NCBI RefSeq assembly: GCF_006345805.1
Contig: NC_042997.1
Location: 13,826,001-13,890,000 of the forward strand
Direction: 5' to 3'
From: Octopus sinensis
Lineage: Eukaryota
Length of the DNA: 64,000 nucleotides
The notes below the pieces were generated by a model. The model was not told where the DNA came from and did not search any database. It saw only the letters and a program-made list of their open reading frames with translations. Positions 1 to 12,013 of the stretch are shown here, piece after piece. Within the stretch, counting starts at the first letter, position 1, and the number at the start of each line of letters is the position of its first letter. The translations under genes and the position numbers were made by a program.

Positions 1-314
1 AAGGAAAGGAGAGACGGAGTAAGAAGAGAAGGGAAAATGGGAAGTAAATGAGGGAGACGGTGATATGAGAGGAGTAGAGGTAGATGTAGAGAGAGAGACA
101 AAGGACATATATATATACATATATATATATATACATATATATATGTATATATATATATGTATATATGTATATATATGTATATATATATGTGTGTGTAAAT
201 ATAGATATGCATATATGTATATAAATATATGTATATATATATATGGATATATATGCATATATGTATATAATTACATATGTGTAGATATACATATATATAC
301 ATTTAAATATATAC

Positions 315-371
<57 letters not shown>

Positions 372-1478
372 TTTAAATAATTTGGGAAAACGAATTTCCA
401 AATCAATCATCACGTACAACCCTTTAGCCTTAGATGCAACTGCATATCGTACAGTGGGGTCTTGATTATCATATATTTATATATTTATCTAGAAATATTC
501 AAATATATAATAATATATAATCGAAATAATATATGATAGAAATCAATAATAATTCAGTTTGGGGGATTAATGGATATGCGGGTATTCTACTTTAGATAAT
601 ACAAAAAATAAATCACCTAATGAGTATATCCGAAGGTAAACTCTTGGTAACTATTTGCACATCACGAAATATTACCTTGAAGGATATAACCAGTATACCA
701 GCAACATATAATATATACTTCCTTTATTATTTCCTACTTAAGTTAAAATTAAAATTATCAATTATGAAGGAAATACACGTGTTTCAGTACTGAGAGATTA
801 TAATATATATACATATATAAATATATATATGCAATCATCATATTTACAATGCTACCAACACATCATCAGGTTCTTTTTCAAAATATTGTTAATCTAATTT
901 TACTTCACCTTAAAATTAAGTGTTAATTTAAACATTAAATTAAACATTAAAAATTAAATATTATACTTTATAAATTTAAGAATTAAAAATTAAGAATTAG
1001 AAATCATACATTATAAAGATGAATTAGTATGCATATATCCGACTTATAAATTCAAGTATATAATGTGAAATACAAAATATAAGATATAAAATATACATCA
1101 GAATAAAAATGTCTATGATTAAATGTGAAAAATAACACAAAAAATGCAGATGCATATCCTCCTTTGGTGGAACCAAGATATCTTTCAAAATGGCGATTAG
1201 AGGAAGAGAAGATAGCAGAGCACTAATGGAATTTATTGGTGATTAGTACCAAGGTAGGTAATTCCACTAAACATAGTTTAATTTAAATAATTTTCTATTA
1301 TAATCTTCAATCTATGTTGAGGAATATATATATATAATTCGTTATAATATAATTTTTAGTAATGTTTAATTAATTTATTAATTTAATTATTTATATAACC
1401 TATTCAAATACTGCAGAATCAAAAGTGTTTGGTTATTAGATTCAAGGCGTGGTTTCAGTATTTCATTTTATTGAAAGT

Positions 1479-1575
<97 letters not shown>

Positions 1576-1589
1576 TTATATATATTATA

Positions 1590-1643
<54 letters not shown>

Positions 1644-1662
1644 GTATTTATATATATATATG

Positions 1663-1713
<51 letters not shown>

Positions 1714-1770
1714 GTATATATATATGTATATATATATACGCATATATATATATATGTATATATATATGTA

Positions 1771-2455
1771 TACTTGCGAACGACACACCGGTCTCACGCC
1801 ATTTCCGCTCCACCGGTCACTCCTTGCAACACCTATCTGTGTTCGGTTTGTCCCTACACAGAGGCCATCCGGATTCCCGTTTGCGCCGTGAACAGGAATT
1901 AATCTTCTCTTCGCTCTTATACGCCATTTGGTCTCAACTCTCCCCCCCTCCTCATCTAACCCCCCTCCCCCCTCACCTATCCTTCCCCCCGACCCCTACT
2001 TCTTCAGTCCTTCATCCTTTCACCCCTACTCCCCTTCCCTTCTTCCCTCTTTCTCCCTCCCTCCTTCCCTCTTCCCCTTCCCTCTGCTCCCTCACTCCCC
2101 TTCTCTCTCCCCCTCCCCCTCTTTCCTCCTTCCTCCCCTCCTTCTCCCCTTCCTTCTCCCCCTCCCCCTCTTCTCCTCATTACACCACACGACTTTACAC
2201 ATCACATCATATATGATGTACCATACTAATACATACACCAACTAATACATACTAATACGTGCTAATACATACTAATACATACTAATACATACACCAACCC
2301 TATACATACACACGTCCAGACCCCTCATACGCACTTATACTCTCTCATACACACACACACACTTATACATACTAATACGTACTAATACATACTAATACAT
2401 ACACCAACCCCATACATACGCCTGTCCAGACCTATCCTACGCACTAATACTCTCT

Positions 2456-2490
<35 letters not shown>

Positions 2491-2860
2491 ATACATACTA
2501 ATACATACTAATACATACACCAACCCTATACATACACACGTCCAGACCTCTCCTACGCACTAATAGGTGGTCATTCAACCCTATTATCTCCCCTTATTTC
2601 GCTCTCGCGTCTCATGTTTGATCTTTGACTTCTGGCCGAAATCAGATCGCCATGTTGATTCGTTAGCTACTGCACGCATTTTTTTTCTCTCCTTCTTTCT
2701 GTGTTTTTTTTCTCTCTGTGTATCTTTCTGTTGAAGAGCGTAGGCTCGAAACGTTAAAGACTTGTTTTATTTATATTTCCTGAGCGCCATACTAATACAA
2801 TTGTTTGTTTGTTTTCCACCTGCCTTCGTCTTTTGTCTATTTTCATAAAGCTTCCCGTTA
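1771..2860 (+). mobile_element. 5'-truncated Penelope-like element (PLE): GIY-YIG C-terminus, pyrimidine-rich 3' region, hammerhead-bearing pLTR-like end; (TA)n on both sides
   Basis: 1774-1910 translates [45 protein letters not shown], resembling the PLE GIY-YIG C-terminal pattern PV.RHF...GH.......EQ.LIF. It is followed by a C/T-rich tract, ~120-bp tandem units (2270-2565) and a hammerhead motif at 2723-2760. Confidence 0.7.
2723..2760 (+). ncRNA. Minimal type I hammerhead ribozyme motif (family 1)
   Basis: UCUUU-CUGUUGA-A-GAGC-GUAG-GCUC-GAAA-CGU-U-AAAGA. Helix I 2723-2727 pairs with 2756-2760, stem II GAGC/GCUC, palindromic ACGU helix III, GUU cleavage triplet. A6 is U, which is non-canonical. 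Confidence 0.7.
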
Positions 2861-2933
2861 TATATATGTATATATATATTATGTATATATATATATATAA
2901 TGTATATATATATATAATGTATATATATATATA

Positions 2934-3004
<71 letters not shown>

Positions 3005-3103
3005 GTATATATATATATATGTATGTATATATATATATATGTATGTATATATATATATATGTATGTATATATATATATATTATGTATATATATATATATA
3101 TAT

Positions 3104-3138
<35 letters not shown>

Positions 3139-3289
3139 GTATATATATGTATATATATATATATATATGTATATATATAGTATATATATATATACATATA
3201 TATATATACATATATATATACATATATATACATATATACATATATATGTATACATATATACATATATACATTTAAAAACCATGATTCAA

Positions 3290-3533
3290 CTACCTCTCAA
3301 CTTCTGTTCTTTCAACATGTGATCTCTTGAGCACCACCAGCTCAAATATTTTTTCCTCTGTCTTCCCTTCTTGGGATCTTTCCTTCTCCTTGTTTCCGAC
3401 GAAGAGCTCCGCTCGAAACGTTAAACCCTCCTTCCCTTCTTTCCTGAGCGTCAATAATACTTTAATTGTTCCACGTCCTGCGTTGCTGTGTTTTTTTCTC
3501 TTTTTTTCTGTGTTTTCTTGTTTGGATTAACTT
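3290..3533 (+). mobile_element. Short hammerhead-bearing PLE-pLTR-like element (family 2), adjacent to (TA)n
   Basis: A diverged reverse-complement copy lies at 44941-45145; both contain the same hammerhead and the TTTCCTGAGCG box. Confidence 0.65.
3392..3426 (+). ncRNA. Minimal type I hammerhead ribozyme motif (family 2)
   Basis: GUUU-CCGACGA-A-GAGC-UCC-GCUC-GAAA-CGU-U-AAAC. 4-bp helix I, GUU triplet, U4 replaced by C. Confidence 0.7.
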
Positions 3534-4197
3534 TATATACATATATACATATATAGCAGCAGCAAAATTAAGGAACGGCCATAATAGGCCGTTCAACCCA
3601 CTAGAAATAGCAGCCAAGGCTTCAACCGCAAAACAATATTAATTCCGTAAACCAGGAGAAAATTTAAAAAACATTTACCCTGTAATACTTTATACAATGC
3701 ATCGTTTCGTCTATTTTTTAATGGCAAATAAACCTGATTAAATTAAATCAAGCTAATCTTCCATAGGCCTATAGATTCATCAGTAAAGTAAGCCAGACGG
3801 GACAGATATTTTCACGAGGCAGCACCACTACTGTCTCGGCTATATCTGACCTAAAATTTTCAAATCATCGTACTCGCGCCAAATTTATCGGCAGCAAATA
3901 TAAGCTGCCGATTCCATTTCGGAATTAAACAGAAAATTCATAATTAATCAATATAGGGTGGCAAAAAATTCAGCAGAAATTATTTGCCACCAGCGGCCTA
4001 GTGGGAAAAAAGTATTTGATTAAATATATACATATATATATATATACATACACACACACATATATATATATATTTATACATATAAATGTAAGCAGAAAAT
4101 GATAATTATTGATCAACAACAGTTGTCTCACATCAATTATTATGAATTTCATACAAATAGACTGTATCCTATCTAAAAGCTGTTTCTGCTTCCAATG

Positions 4198-4264
4198 TTA
4201 TATAGTGTTGCCACTGAAAATTCTAAAACTAATATACATCATAATTGGTACTACATCATCCGAT
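4198..4264 (-). CDS. Candidate terminal exon (E6) of the minus-strand gene model
   Basis: Acceptor ctctgttttccag; the phase-2 frame is the longest open one: (R)SDDVVPIMMYISFRIFSGNTI*. Confidence 0.2.
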
Positions 4265-5326
4265 CTGGAAAACAGAGCTTCATCAGAGGGAAGAAAAATA
4301 CATGCATAAATGAAAAGTAACGAAGAAGAGCCTCGAGAGGAAGATGAAAGGTATAATAATATTTAAATCATACCATTTTGCTTATGTATCGCCTCGGATC
4401 GTTGAGTAAATGACTAAATTTAAAACAGTAATTGGTGGGTAAATTTCTATGGGTGGATAAATAGTAAAAAATTAAAAATAAAATTTACAGTAGCAGGGTA
4501 CCCCAATAGGTTTAGACAATGAGGAGTTAGAGTGCCATATCATTTTCTAATCATAATATTTCTTAATAATTACGTTTATAGTACTAATTACTAGTGTATC
4601 ATATTAAAGTACCCAACAATTAATTTCAATTATTTACTTACTGGTATGTTGTAAAGTTCAACCACTAATTACCCGTAATGGGATGGACCAATGTTCAGCG
4701 TTTGATATAATTGGTCAGTTAAATTTAAAAACAAAAGGCAAGCTATTAAGACAGTTATACGTGTTCGTATAAATAAATAAATACATTAATACATAAATAA
4801 ATAAATAACAAAAGTATGGAAAAGTAGTATATTTTTAAGTGACCCAAAACCGCCTAGGACATTGTATATTAAAAACAACCAGGTAAACAAATACAACGTG
4901 AAGAAATGAACAATGCCAACAGTATCATTAAAACCTAGAAAGTTATCTATTTGGACAATTATAAATTAAGGTGGATGGGGTGGAGAAATGGACCAAAAGC
5001 TTTATAAAATAGGAGTGTGAGATTAGAAGACAAAGAAACGAACTAATTAGTAGAAAAAGAAATAGGGAGGGTGATAAAGGTGAAAACTACGATTAAGGGG
5101 AGGTAATGACTAGGGAAGTGACCCAAATAAAGAGAATTATAATAAAAAGTCTAATTTCTGAACTAACATCCATAATACCTAAGCAGTGAGCTGACTAGAC
5201 AATCAAAAAGTAATTTGCTAAACATTACTAAATACATTCAGATTAGTGGTCATATAAGTAAGTATAAATACAAATCCCTAAATTAATTAAATGACAAATA
5301 TTTAATTACTTGCTAATTGGATGGAT

Positions 5327-5710
5327 GGAAGCACTCCGTCGGTTACGACGACGAGGGTTCCGGTTGATCCGAATCAACGGAACAGCCTGCTCGTGAAGTT
5401 AACGGGTAAGTGGCTGAGCACTCCACAGACACGTGTACCCTTAACGTAGTTCTCGGGGATATTCAGTGTGACACAGAGAGTGACAAGGCCGGCCCTTTGA
5501 AATACAGGTACAACAGAAATAGGAAGTAAGAGTGAGAGAAAGTTGTGGTGAAAGAGTACAGCAGGGATCACCACCATCCCCTGCCGGAGCCTCGTGGAGC
5601 TTTAGGTGTTTTCGCTCAATAAACACTCACAACGCCCGGTCTGGGAATCGAAACCGCGATCCTATGACCGCGAGTCCGCTGCCCTAACCACTGGGCCAAT
5701 TCGCCTCCAC
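5327..5710 (-). mobile_element. tRNA-derived SINE, group A (head H1 + tail T1), full length
   Basis: A/B-box-like head (tggcccagtggttagggc...ggtttcgattccc), (TCCA)n-like tail, 12-bp TSD tacttgctaatt at 5307-5318 and 5711-5722; near-identical to 10716 and 28131. Confidence 0.9.
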
Positions 5711-5816
5711 TACTTGCTAATTATTATTATTGTTACAGAAGCTGGCTCATGCTACAGTTTGGTCAATCATACATTATTATATTTTTATTACTAACATTAT
5801 CATTATCAACCCATAC

Positions 5817-5869
5817 CTGGGTGCATACATATGGGGGCTTCCACAATTGCAAATATAGAAATGCGCTAA
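5817..5869 (-). CDS. Candidate exon (E5) of the minus-strand gene model
   Basis: Acceptor tgtactgtgtattgcag, donor CAG|gtatgg; phase 0 gives LAHFYICNCGSPHMYAP (phase 1 is also open). Confidence 0.25.
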
Positions 5870-6154
5870 CTGCAATACACAGTACAAGCAAATACAAACT
5901 AAAAGAGGTGTCAAGTTAATATTAAAGATTTAAATAAATTTTGTTATACAGGTGGGGCAGGTGAAATGAGTAAATCTAATAGGTAGTATCTAATAAATTG
6001 AAGTTGTCGTATGCTGAATGAAATTAGATCCAGAATGAGATTAAGTTAAACAAGCGAAAAATATGGCATAGAATGTTAGTTGCAAGTAAAACCAATATGA
6101 TTCATTGCTATGGAGGCACATAAGGTTCCATTTAGGGGAAGGGTTTAAGGGTAG

Positions 6155-6505
6155 GAGAATGGATACTGCGGCATCCCAAGGCGACTACAGTACCAGTGAT
6201 TGTAGGATCTCTAGGAATGATAAATAGAGGTACTGAAACCTATTTGAAAATTATACCAGGCTTACCATCCCTACAGGAAGTGCAATAAATCGTGTTAACT
6301 GGACCGACTCATGTACTGAGAAGAGCATTATCGCTGTCAAAACAACACCCATTCATGAATATATTTATTTATTAATTTTTTTAAATACATATTTTACCTG
6401 TGAATTTGCGTGTGTAATCTGGGAATGCATATAATGAGCTCCTCTGCCCTAGGTGTACGGAAAACACTCTGTCAGAAACGGAAGAAAATTTGAAGAAAGA
6501 AGGAA

Positions 6506-6545
<40 letters not shown>
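6155..6545 (+). mobile_element. 3' end of an RLE-type non-LTR retrotransposon (R4/Dong-like) with (TAA)n tail
   Basis: From 6178: KATTVPVIVGSLGMINRGTETYLKIIPGLPSLQEVQ*IVLTGPTHVLRRALSL, matching the VPVI.G.LG...Q..VL...A.ILRR C-terminus of RLE elements; then a 3' UTR and an (AAT)n run at ~6507-6542. Confidence 0.7.
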
Positions 6546-6546
<1 letters not shown>

Positions 6547-6601
6547 CAACAACATCGAAAAATACCTTAGGAATGAGAACCTAGGTTCGAAATTTCCTCA
6601 A

Positions 6602-6647
6602 GACACTTGATGAAGGCTGGAGGGCATATCAGCCGAAACGTTGTGTT
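6602..6647 (+). ncRNA. Type I hammerhead ribozyme motif (family 3), probably decayed at C3
   Basis: GACAC-UUGAUGA-A-GGCUGG-AGGGCAUA-UCAGCC-GAAA-CGU-U-GUGUU. 5-bp helix I, 6-bp stem II, GUU triplet, C3 is U. Confidence 0.65.
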
Positions 6648-7391
6648 AACAACAAACAAGATGAGGACAAATATCCGTCAAATTTATATAACGTAAATAA
6701 TAGAAATATCTTTAACTCCTCGTTATTTTATCATGGTTACCCATTACTCCCTTTTTTCCTTTACCATTCTTATACATCATCTCGTCCTCATTTTTCTTTT
6801 ATTTATTAAATCAACCAATTTTCACTCGATATATCCTCCATCATTTTTACGGAGCCATATTTACTCATAGACACTGTAAACCTATCCTATATTTTCTATT
6901 GGTATCATATCCTATTACATATTTTCTTCATCGTTATTGTTCCTCTCCCTATGAAATAGAGTGGTCAGTTTCTCTCACTGTCTAGCTATATATCCCCTTT
7001 CGTTATCCATATCTCTATCACTTTCCCCTTTTCACTCCCTCTATTTTTCTTCACCTCTCTTTCCATTACCTTTACAACATATATTTTTTCATTTCCTTTA
7101 CTACTGATATTACTTTACTTTCAATCGCCCCACTCTTCTATGATTTCCTTAATTTATTTAACCCCACCTTTATTGTACCTACTGCGTCAATATAATTTCT
7201 AAGGAAGAAAAACATTCTATTTCGTTCAAGTTATCCATCATTCATATTTGCCAATAATTGATGGAAACTATACAAAAAAATCTTTATTTTTTTATTTTAT
7301 TAATTATTTGTATATTTATGCTTAAGGCTACTAATTTTCAGAATCTTGTGTGATTATGTTTTCCCCCTCTGCACATTCTAAATCTGTTTAC

Positions 7392-7497
7392 GCATAAATA
7401 TTTTTGAAGTTTATATGTCTCGTCATTTAAAGAATGGAATATAGAATGTAAAAAATAATTGTGCTGTGAAGAAAGATTAGCTTCGAAATCAGTGAAA
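7392..7497 (-). CDS. Candidate exon (E4) of the minus-strand gene model
   Basis: Very strong acceptor ttcttactttctctctccag; only the phase-2 frame stays open: (G)FTDFEANLSSQHNYFLHSIFHSLNDETYKLQKYLC; donor gtaaac, or read-through to the stop at 7338. Confidence 0.4.
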
Positions 7498-8481
7498 CTG
7501 GAGAGAGAAAGTAAGAATATAAACAATGTAAACTCAAGTAAACAAATTTCATACTGTTTTTGGTTTTTATTTTCTTTTTTAGACTTCAAGACTATTTCTA
7601 CTGCTACAAAAATATTGACGATAGTTGTGAGGTGAGGGTGAATGCTGCAGTGAGCATAATAATCAAGTAGTAAGGGAGAAGCTTAGGAAGATATCAATAG
7701 AATGAGGTATATGTAAAGGAGGCAGATTAATTCCTTTCTTCGGTGCTGAAAATAAATCTAAGTATCAGCCAAGACTCCAGGCAAAAGAAACTTTGTAAAT
7801 TTTAGGAGATAGATTCAATAAACGCTATGTTTCTGACCTTTCATTTGTATAGCAATGTGAATACTATACTGTTAACTATTACACGTCTGTTAAAAGCTAC
7901 ATTCTTATTTGTGTGTCACTGAAAGGCTGAATGCCAATGTACATGTTATTAGGCGCTGTAAATTATTGTTCGTCTTTTGTGCGTTCGTGTTACGAAGCGG
8001 TACGGTCAACCAGAATCAATGTCTCCATTGAAATAATGTGTGAGAGGGGTTACCATTGTGCTTTAACATACTCTGTGTTCCAGTGTTAGATGGTGTCTAA
8101 ATAGAAAAATGAAAGCTTATATAAGACGTAGGAAACCTGCTTACAAAATCACGAAAATAGATTTATCTAGATTTTGTGAAACAGAATAATTGATACTGTC
8201 GTCATTCAACCCCATAGATATTGGCCAATTGAAGCAGATCAGCTTACTTAACTTATGATCCGAGATCGAATTAGAGTGTCCTCTAATATATGTGAGATTT
8301 TCCGAGGATCTAAGTCCAACAAGAAAAATCTGACAAAAAGATAACTTAATACATGTGTAGTTTCCTTTGTCATAGACCCATAAGACAGGTCTCCTTGGTT
8401 TTAAATATATATATGTGCGCGCGTGTGTGTGTGTGTGTTCTTCGTTCTTTGGGGTGGGATTTACCATATATATCGCCCGCC

Positions 8482-8789
8482 GTGAAGGCGCGTGGCTTAG
8501 TCGTTAGGGCATTCGGCTCACGATCGTAAGCTCGTGAGATCAATTCCCGACGACGCGTTGTGTCCTTGAACAACACACTTTATTTCACGTTGCTCCAGTC
8601 CACTCAGCTGGCAGAAATGAGTAGTACCTGTATTTCAAAGGGCCAATCTGAATCTCTCTGAAATTACGTTAATGTTACACGTGTCTTGTGGAATGAATGT
8701 TCAGCCACTTGCACGTTAATTTCACGAACAAGCTGTTCCGTTGATCGTATCAGCTGGGAACCTCGTCGTCGTAACCGACGGAGTGCTCC
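8482..8789 (+). mobile_element. SINE group A variant (head H2 + tail T1)
   Basis: Head gcgtggcttagtcgttagggcattcggc; 3' half shared with 10716; degenerate TSD tatatcg(c/t)c(c/t)gcc at 8469-8481 and 8791-8803. Confidence 0.85.
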
Positions 8790-9892
8790 TTATATCGTCT
8801 GCCACCACCAGGACGTTACGCCGATCTGTTGCAGGATTACTAATTTCTGCCAGCTGAATGGACCGAAGCAACGTGAAAGGAAGTGTTCTGTTCAAAAACA
8901 TAACGCATTGCCCTGTCCAACCATCGAAACAACTATCAGATGTTCCTGAGTGCAGAACCCTAAACACTATCCCACGATTCACCACAGTTTTGTTATAAGG
9001 CAATTTGTATAATCAGAAATATTATTTAATTCTTAGAAATCTTTCTCAAAGTTATTTACATTTTATAAATTTTGGAACATATTCAAGTTGATAATCACAA
9101 ATATGGAACTGTGCTCACAGTTGAACTGCACAGTACCCATGGGGAGTGACATGGTAACATGCTCAATTGAAACTAGAGGGAACTTGGAATCCAAAAATTA
9201 AGAAGCTTAATGATTAACAGTAATTAAATCCTTATTGGTTAATTCATGCCATTCTTGTAACACCATCAGCTTATGATTCTAAATTAGTGAATATTGAGAA
9301 TACTTTTGAGGAAGGAGTGTGCTGACTTAAATTGCAGATGGCTCTAAATGTTTATCATATATTTCACAGTTTTTATTAGGAAACTTATATGTCCTTAAGC
9401 AAACAGGAAAAATTATCGAACGCCAATCATAAGCCTCAATGATTATGACTGACCTTCAGAAAGAACGACGACAACAAATGTTTATCTGGAATTTTCTACT
9501 TAGTCATCGCCCCTTAATTTCGTCTAATTACATTTCTTTACCTAAGATTGACTCTGTACACGACATTCTACAACACATTCCCTATCTTCGGCGAATGTTT
9601 TCACTCCAACTTTAATATCTATTGAAACCCACGGTACACTACTGTACATGCCGTTTGTGCTGATTTTTCCACTTGATTTATGCCGTCAAACATAATCACT
9701 AACATACAAATTTTGCATTCTGTGTCCATTTAATGATACGTTAGTAAAAAAATACTGAAATCAGAAAGCATGTATCATGGTATTTTTTTTTACATTTAGA
9801 GAAACGACTGCTCTCTGTCGCTTACCAGTACTTCCGAAACTAGTAAAAGGCAGGAACACAGTTATCTCCAAACAGAATACCTAGTCGAAATA

Positions 9893-10126
9893 TTTATTTC
9901 TTTATTGCCCACGAGGAGCTAAACATGAGGGGACAAACAAGGACAGACAAACGGGTTCAGTCGGTTATATCGACCCTAACTGCGTAACTGGTACTTATTT
10001 AATTGACCCCGAAAGGATGAAAGGCTGAGACGACCTTGGCGGAATTTGAACTCAGAACGTAACGGCAGACGAAATACGGCTACACATTCCGCCCGGCGTG
10101 CTAACGTTTCTGCCAGCTCGCCGCCT
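9893..10126 (-). mobile_element. tRNA-derived SINE, group C (ggcggcgagctggcagaa head)
   Basis: 15-bp TSD tacctagtcgaaata at 9878-9892 and 10127-10141; homologous copies at 51177, 58620 and 61730-62491. Confidence 0.9.
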
Positions 10127-10324
10127 TACCTAGTCGAAATACTTTCAACAGAACGGCCCCCTGCTAAAATCACCCAAAGAGCAGGTGATGCAATGTTTCT
10201 AAATCAAGGAACCTTAATAAATCTATCCATTTACTTTTCGTTCGCTTTAATTTGCCAGTTCTTGTTACCCCTGTCAATCCAAATCGAGTAGACCCTTGTT
10301 AAAAGTTGTTCCACCCATGCTTAC

Positions 10325-10496
10325 CCATGAAAGAAGGGTTCCTCAAATGAGCTTCTACACAAATTCCATCCTCTAAATTCCATTCCTAATTCTTTGGGCT
10401 CTCTGCGCTTAGACAAGAAAATATTCACCAGCATGATATTATTGAATCCAAAATCATATCGATGGAAAGCGAGCTTGTTAAGCAAGACAGCCACGC
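10325..10496 (-). CDS. Candidate exon (E3) of the minus-strand gene model
   Basis: Acceptor tttgtaatttcag, donor GG|gtaagc; 172 nt with only one open frame: VAVLLNKLAFHRYDFGFNNIMLVNIFLSKRREPKELGMEFRGWNLCRSSFEEPFFH; phase 1 in, phase 2 out. Confidence 0.45.
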
Positions 10497-10715
10497 CTGA
10501 AATTACAAACGATCTTTCCATCCTTCCCTAGTTATTTTTCGTTTACTTCAATATAATACGTCCGTTTTTGTTTTCGTTTCTTTGCTACCTTTCCTCATGT
10601 CAACCCAAGTCGAGTAGACCTATCTTCAAAAGTGTTCCAATAATAATTATCCTGTTATTTTTCATAGAGTGTACCTCATACATTATTCAATATGGGGTTC
10701 ATTACTTTAGACTGC

Positions 10716-11094
10716 GGAGGCGCAATGGCCCAGTGGTTAGGGCAGCGGACTCGCGGTCATAGGATCGCGGTTTCGATTCCCAGACCGGGCGTTGTGAGTG
10801 TTTATTGAGCGAAAACACCTAAAGCTCCACGAGGCTCCGGCAGGGGATGGTGGTGATCCCTGCTGTACTCTTTCACCACAACTTTCTCTTACTTCCTGTT
10901 TCTGTTGTACCTGTATTTCAAAGGGCCGGCCTTGTCACTCTCTGTGTTACGCTGAATATCCCCGAGAACTACGTTAAGGGTACACTTGTCTGTGGAGTGC
11001 TCAGCCACTTTCACGTTAATTTCACGAGCAGGCTGTTCCGTTGATTCGGATCAACCGGAACCCTCATCGTCGTAACCGACGGAGTGCTTCCATC
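10716..11094 (+). mobile_element. SINE group A (H1+T1), full length
   Basis: 16-bp TSD cattactttagactgc at 10700-10715 and 11095-11110. Confidence 0.92.
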
Positions 11095-11780
11095 CATTAC
11101 TTTAGACTGCAAAATATAATTTTTGGAGCAGACTGTTAGTTTTTTTTTTTTTTAACCACCATCTACAGACACCCATATTGGCTTGTTAATACATCAATAT
11201 CTCCCTTTAATCCCTCTAAAGATTAGCAGAAAACATATGGTACATTTCGCCTTTGCGAGTAAAAAGTAACAGAAATCATTCTTAAAGTTTATTACTAATG
11301 TCTGAAAATGTACTTTGTCAGCAGAATCAATCCACTTCCAACTGAATTCAATTCCAAATCCATGTGTTCCACATATTATTTCATTGATGATACAAATATT
11401 ATTACCTTCCGACTTAAATCATTATTTCAATGATAGTTTCACATATCGTAGAGAGAGCGCCATATTTCTCCTCTTTGATTTTTGAAACGTTTACAATATT
11501 GAACATTGTTCATCAATTGAAACAAAGACTTATTAATTTGTGAGTAATTATTGCACGTACAGGACATGTCCAAGGGCTATGAGATTCGTGTACTAACGCA
11601 GTGTTCAAACGAATGTAAATACCGCTAAATATTTACTCTAGAAATAGCAAAAATTAACGTTGCTTTTTTTTATTCCAAATAATCATTTGTCTCCTAAGTA
11701 ACGATATACATTTCTAAACAGCTATGCTAATTTCTATAAGTAAAGATATACTTTATATTTTCTGCATATATAAGGCAGAA

Positions 11781-12013
11781 TGTGGAGGCGCGTGACTTAG
11801 TGGTTAGAGTGTCAGCATCATGATCGTAAGATTGTGGTTTCGATTCCTGGACCGGGCGACGCGTTGTGTTCTTGAGCAAAGCACTTCATTTCCCGTTGCC
11901 CAGTCCACTCAGCTGGTAAAAAGGAGTAATGCTGCGAAGGACTGGCGTCCAGTCCAGCTGGAGAACACATACGCCACAGAAACCGGGGCCATGAGCCTGG
12001 CGACGTTTATCGT
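11781..12013 (+). mobile_element. SINE group A variant (H2 + tail T2)
   Basis: 12-bp TSD tataaggcagaa at 11769-11780 and 12014-12025; tail ggactggcgtcc.gtccagctgg shared with 16651. Confidence 0.85.

Noticed and set aside
65-3322. Long YI/IY-rich ORFs here and throughout the window (also VC, TH, LS, RE, MDGW, TYLP repeats)
   Set aside because: They are translations of (TA)n, (GT)n, (CA)n, (CT)n, (GGAT)n and (TAGG)n microsatellites, which lack stop codons.
3745-3790. Minus-strand CUGAUGA followed by a palindrome
   Set aside because: GAAG instead of GAAA, and the flanks pair as a simple hairpin with no three-way junction.
10716-10790. tRNA-like sequences at SINE heads
   Set aside because: A/B boxes are present but there is no complete cloverleaf; each continues into a SINE body with a TSD, so these are not tRNA genes.
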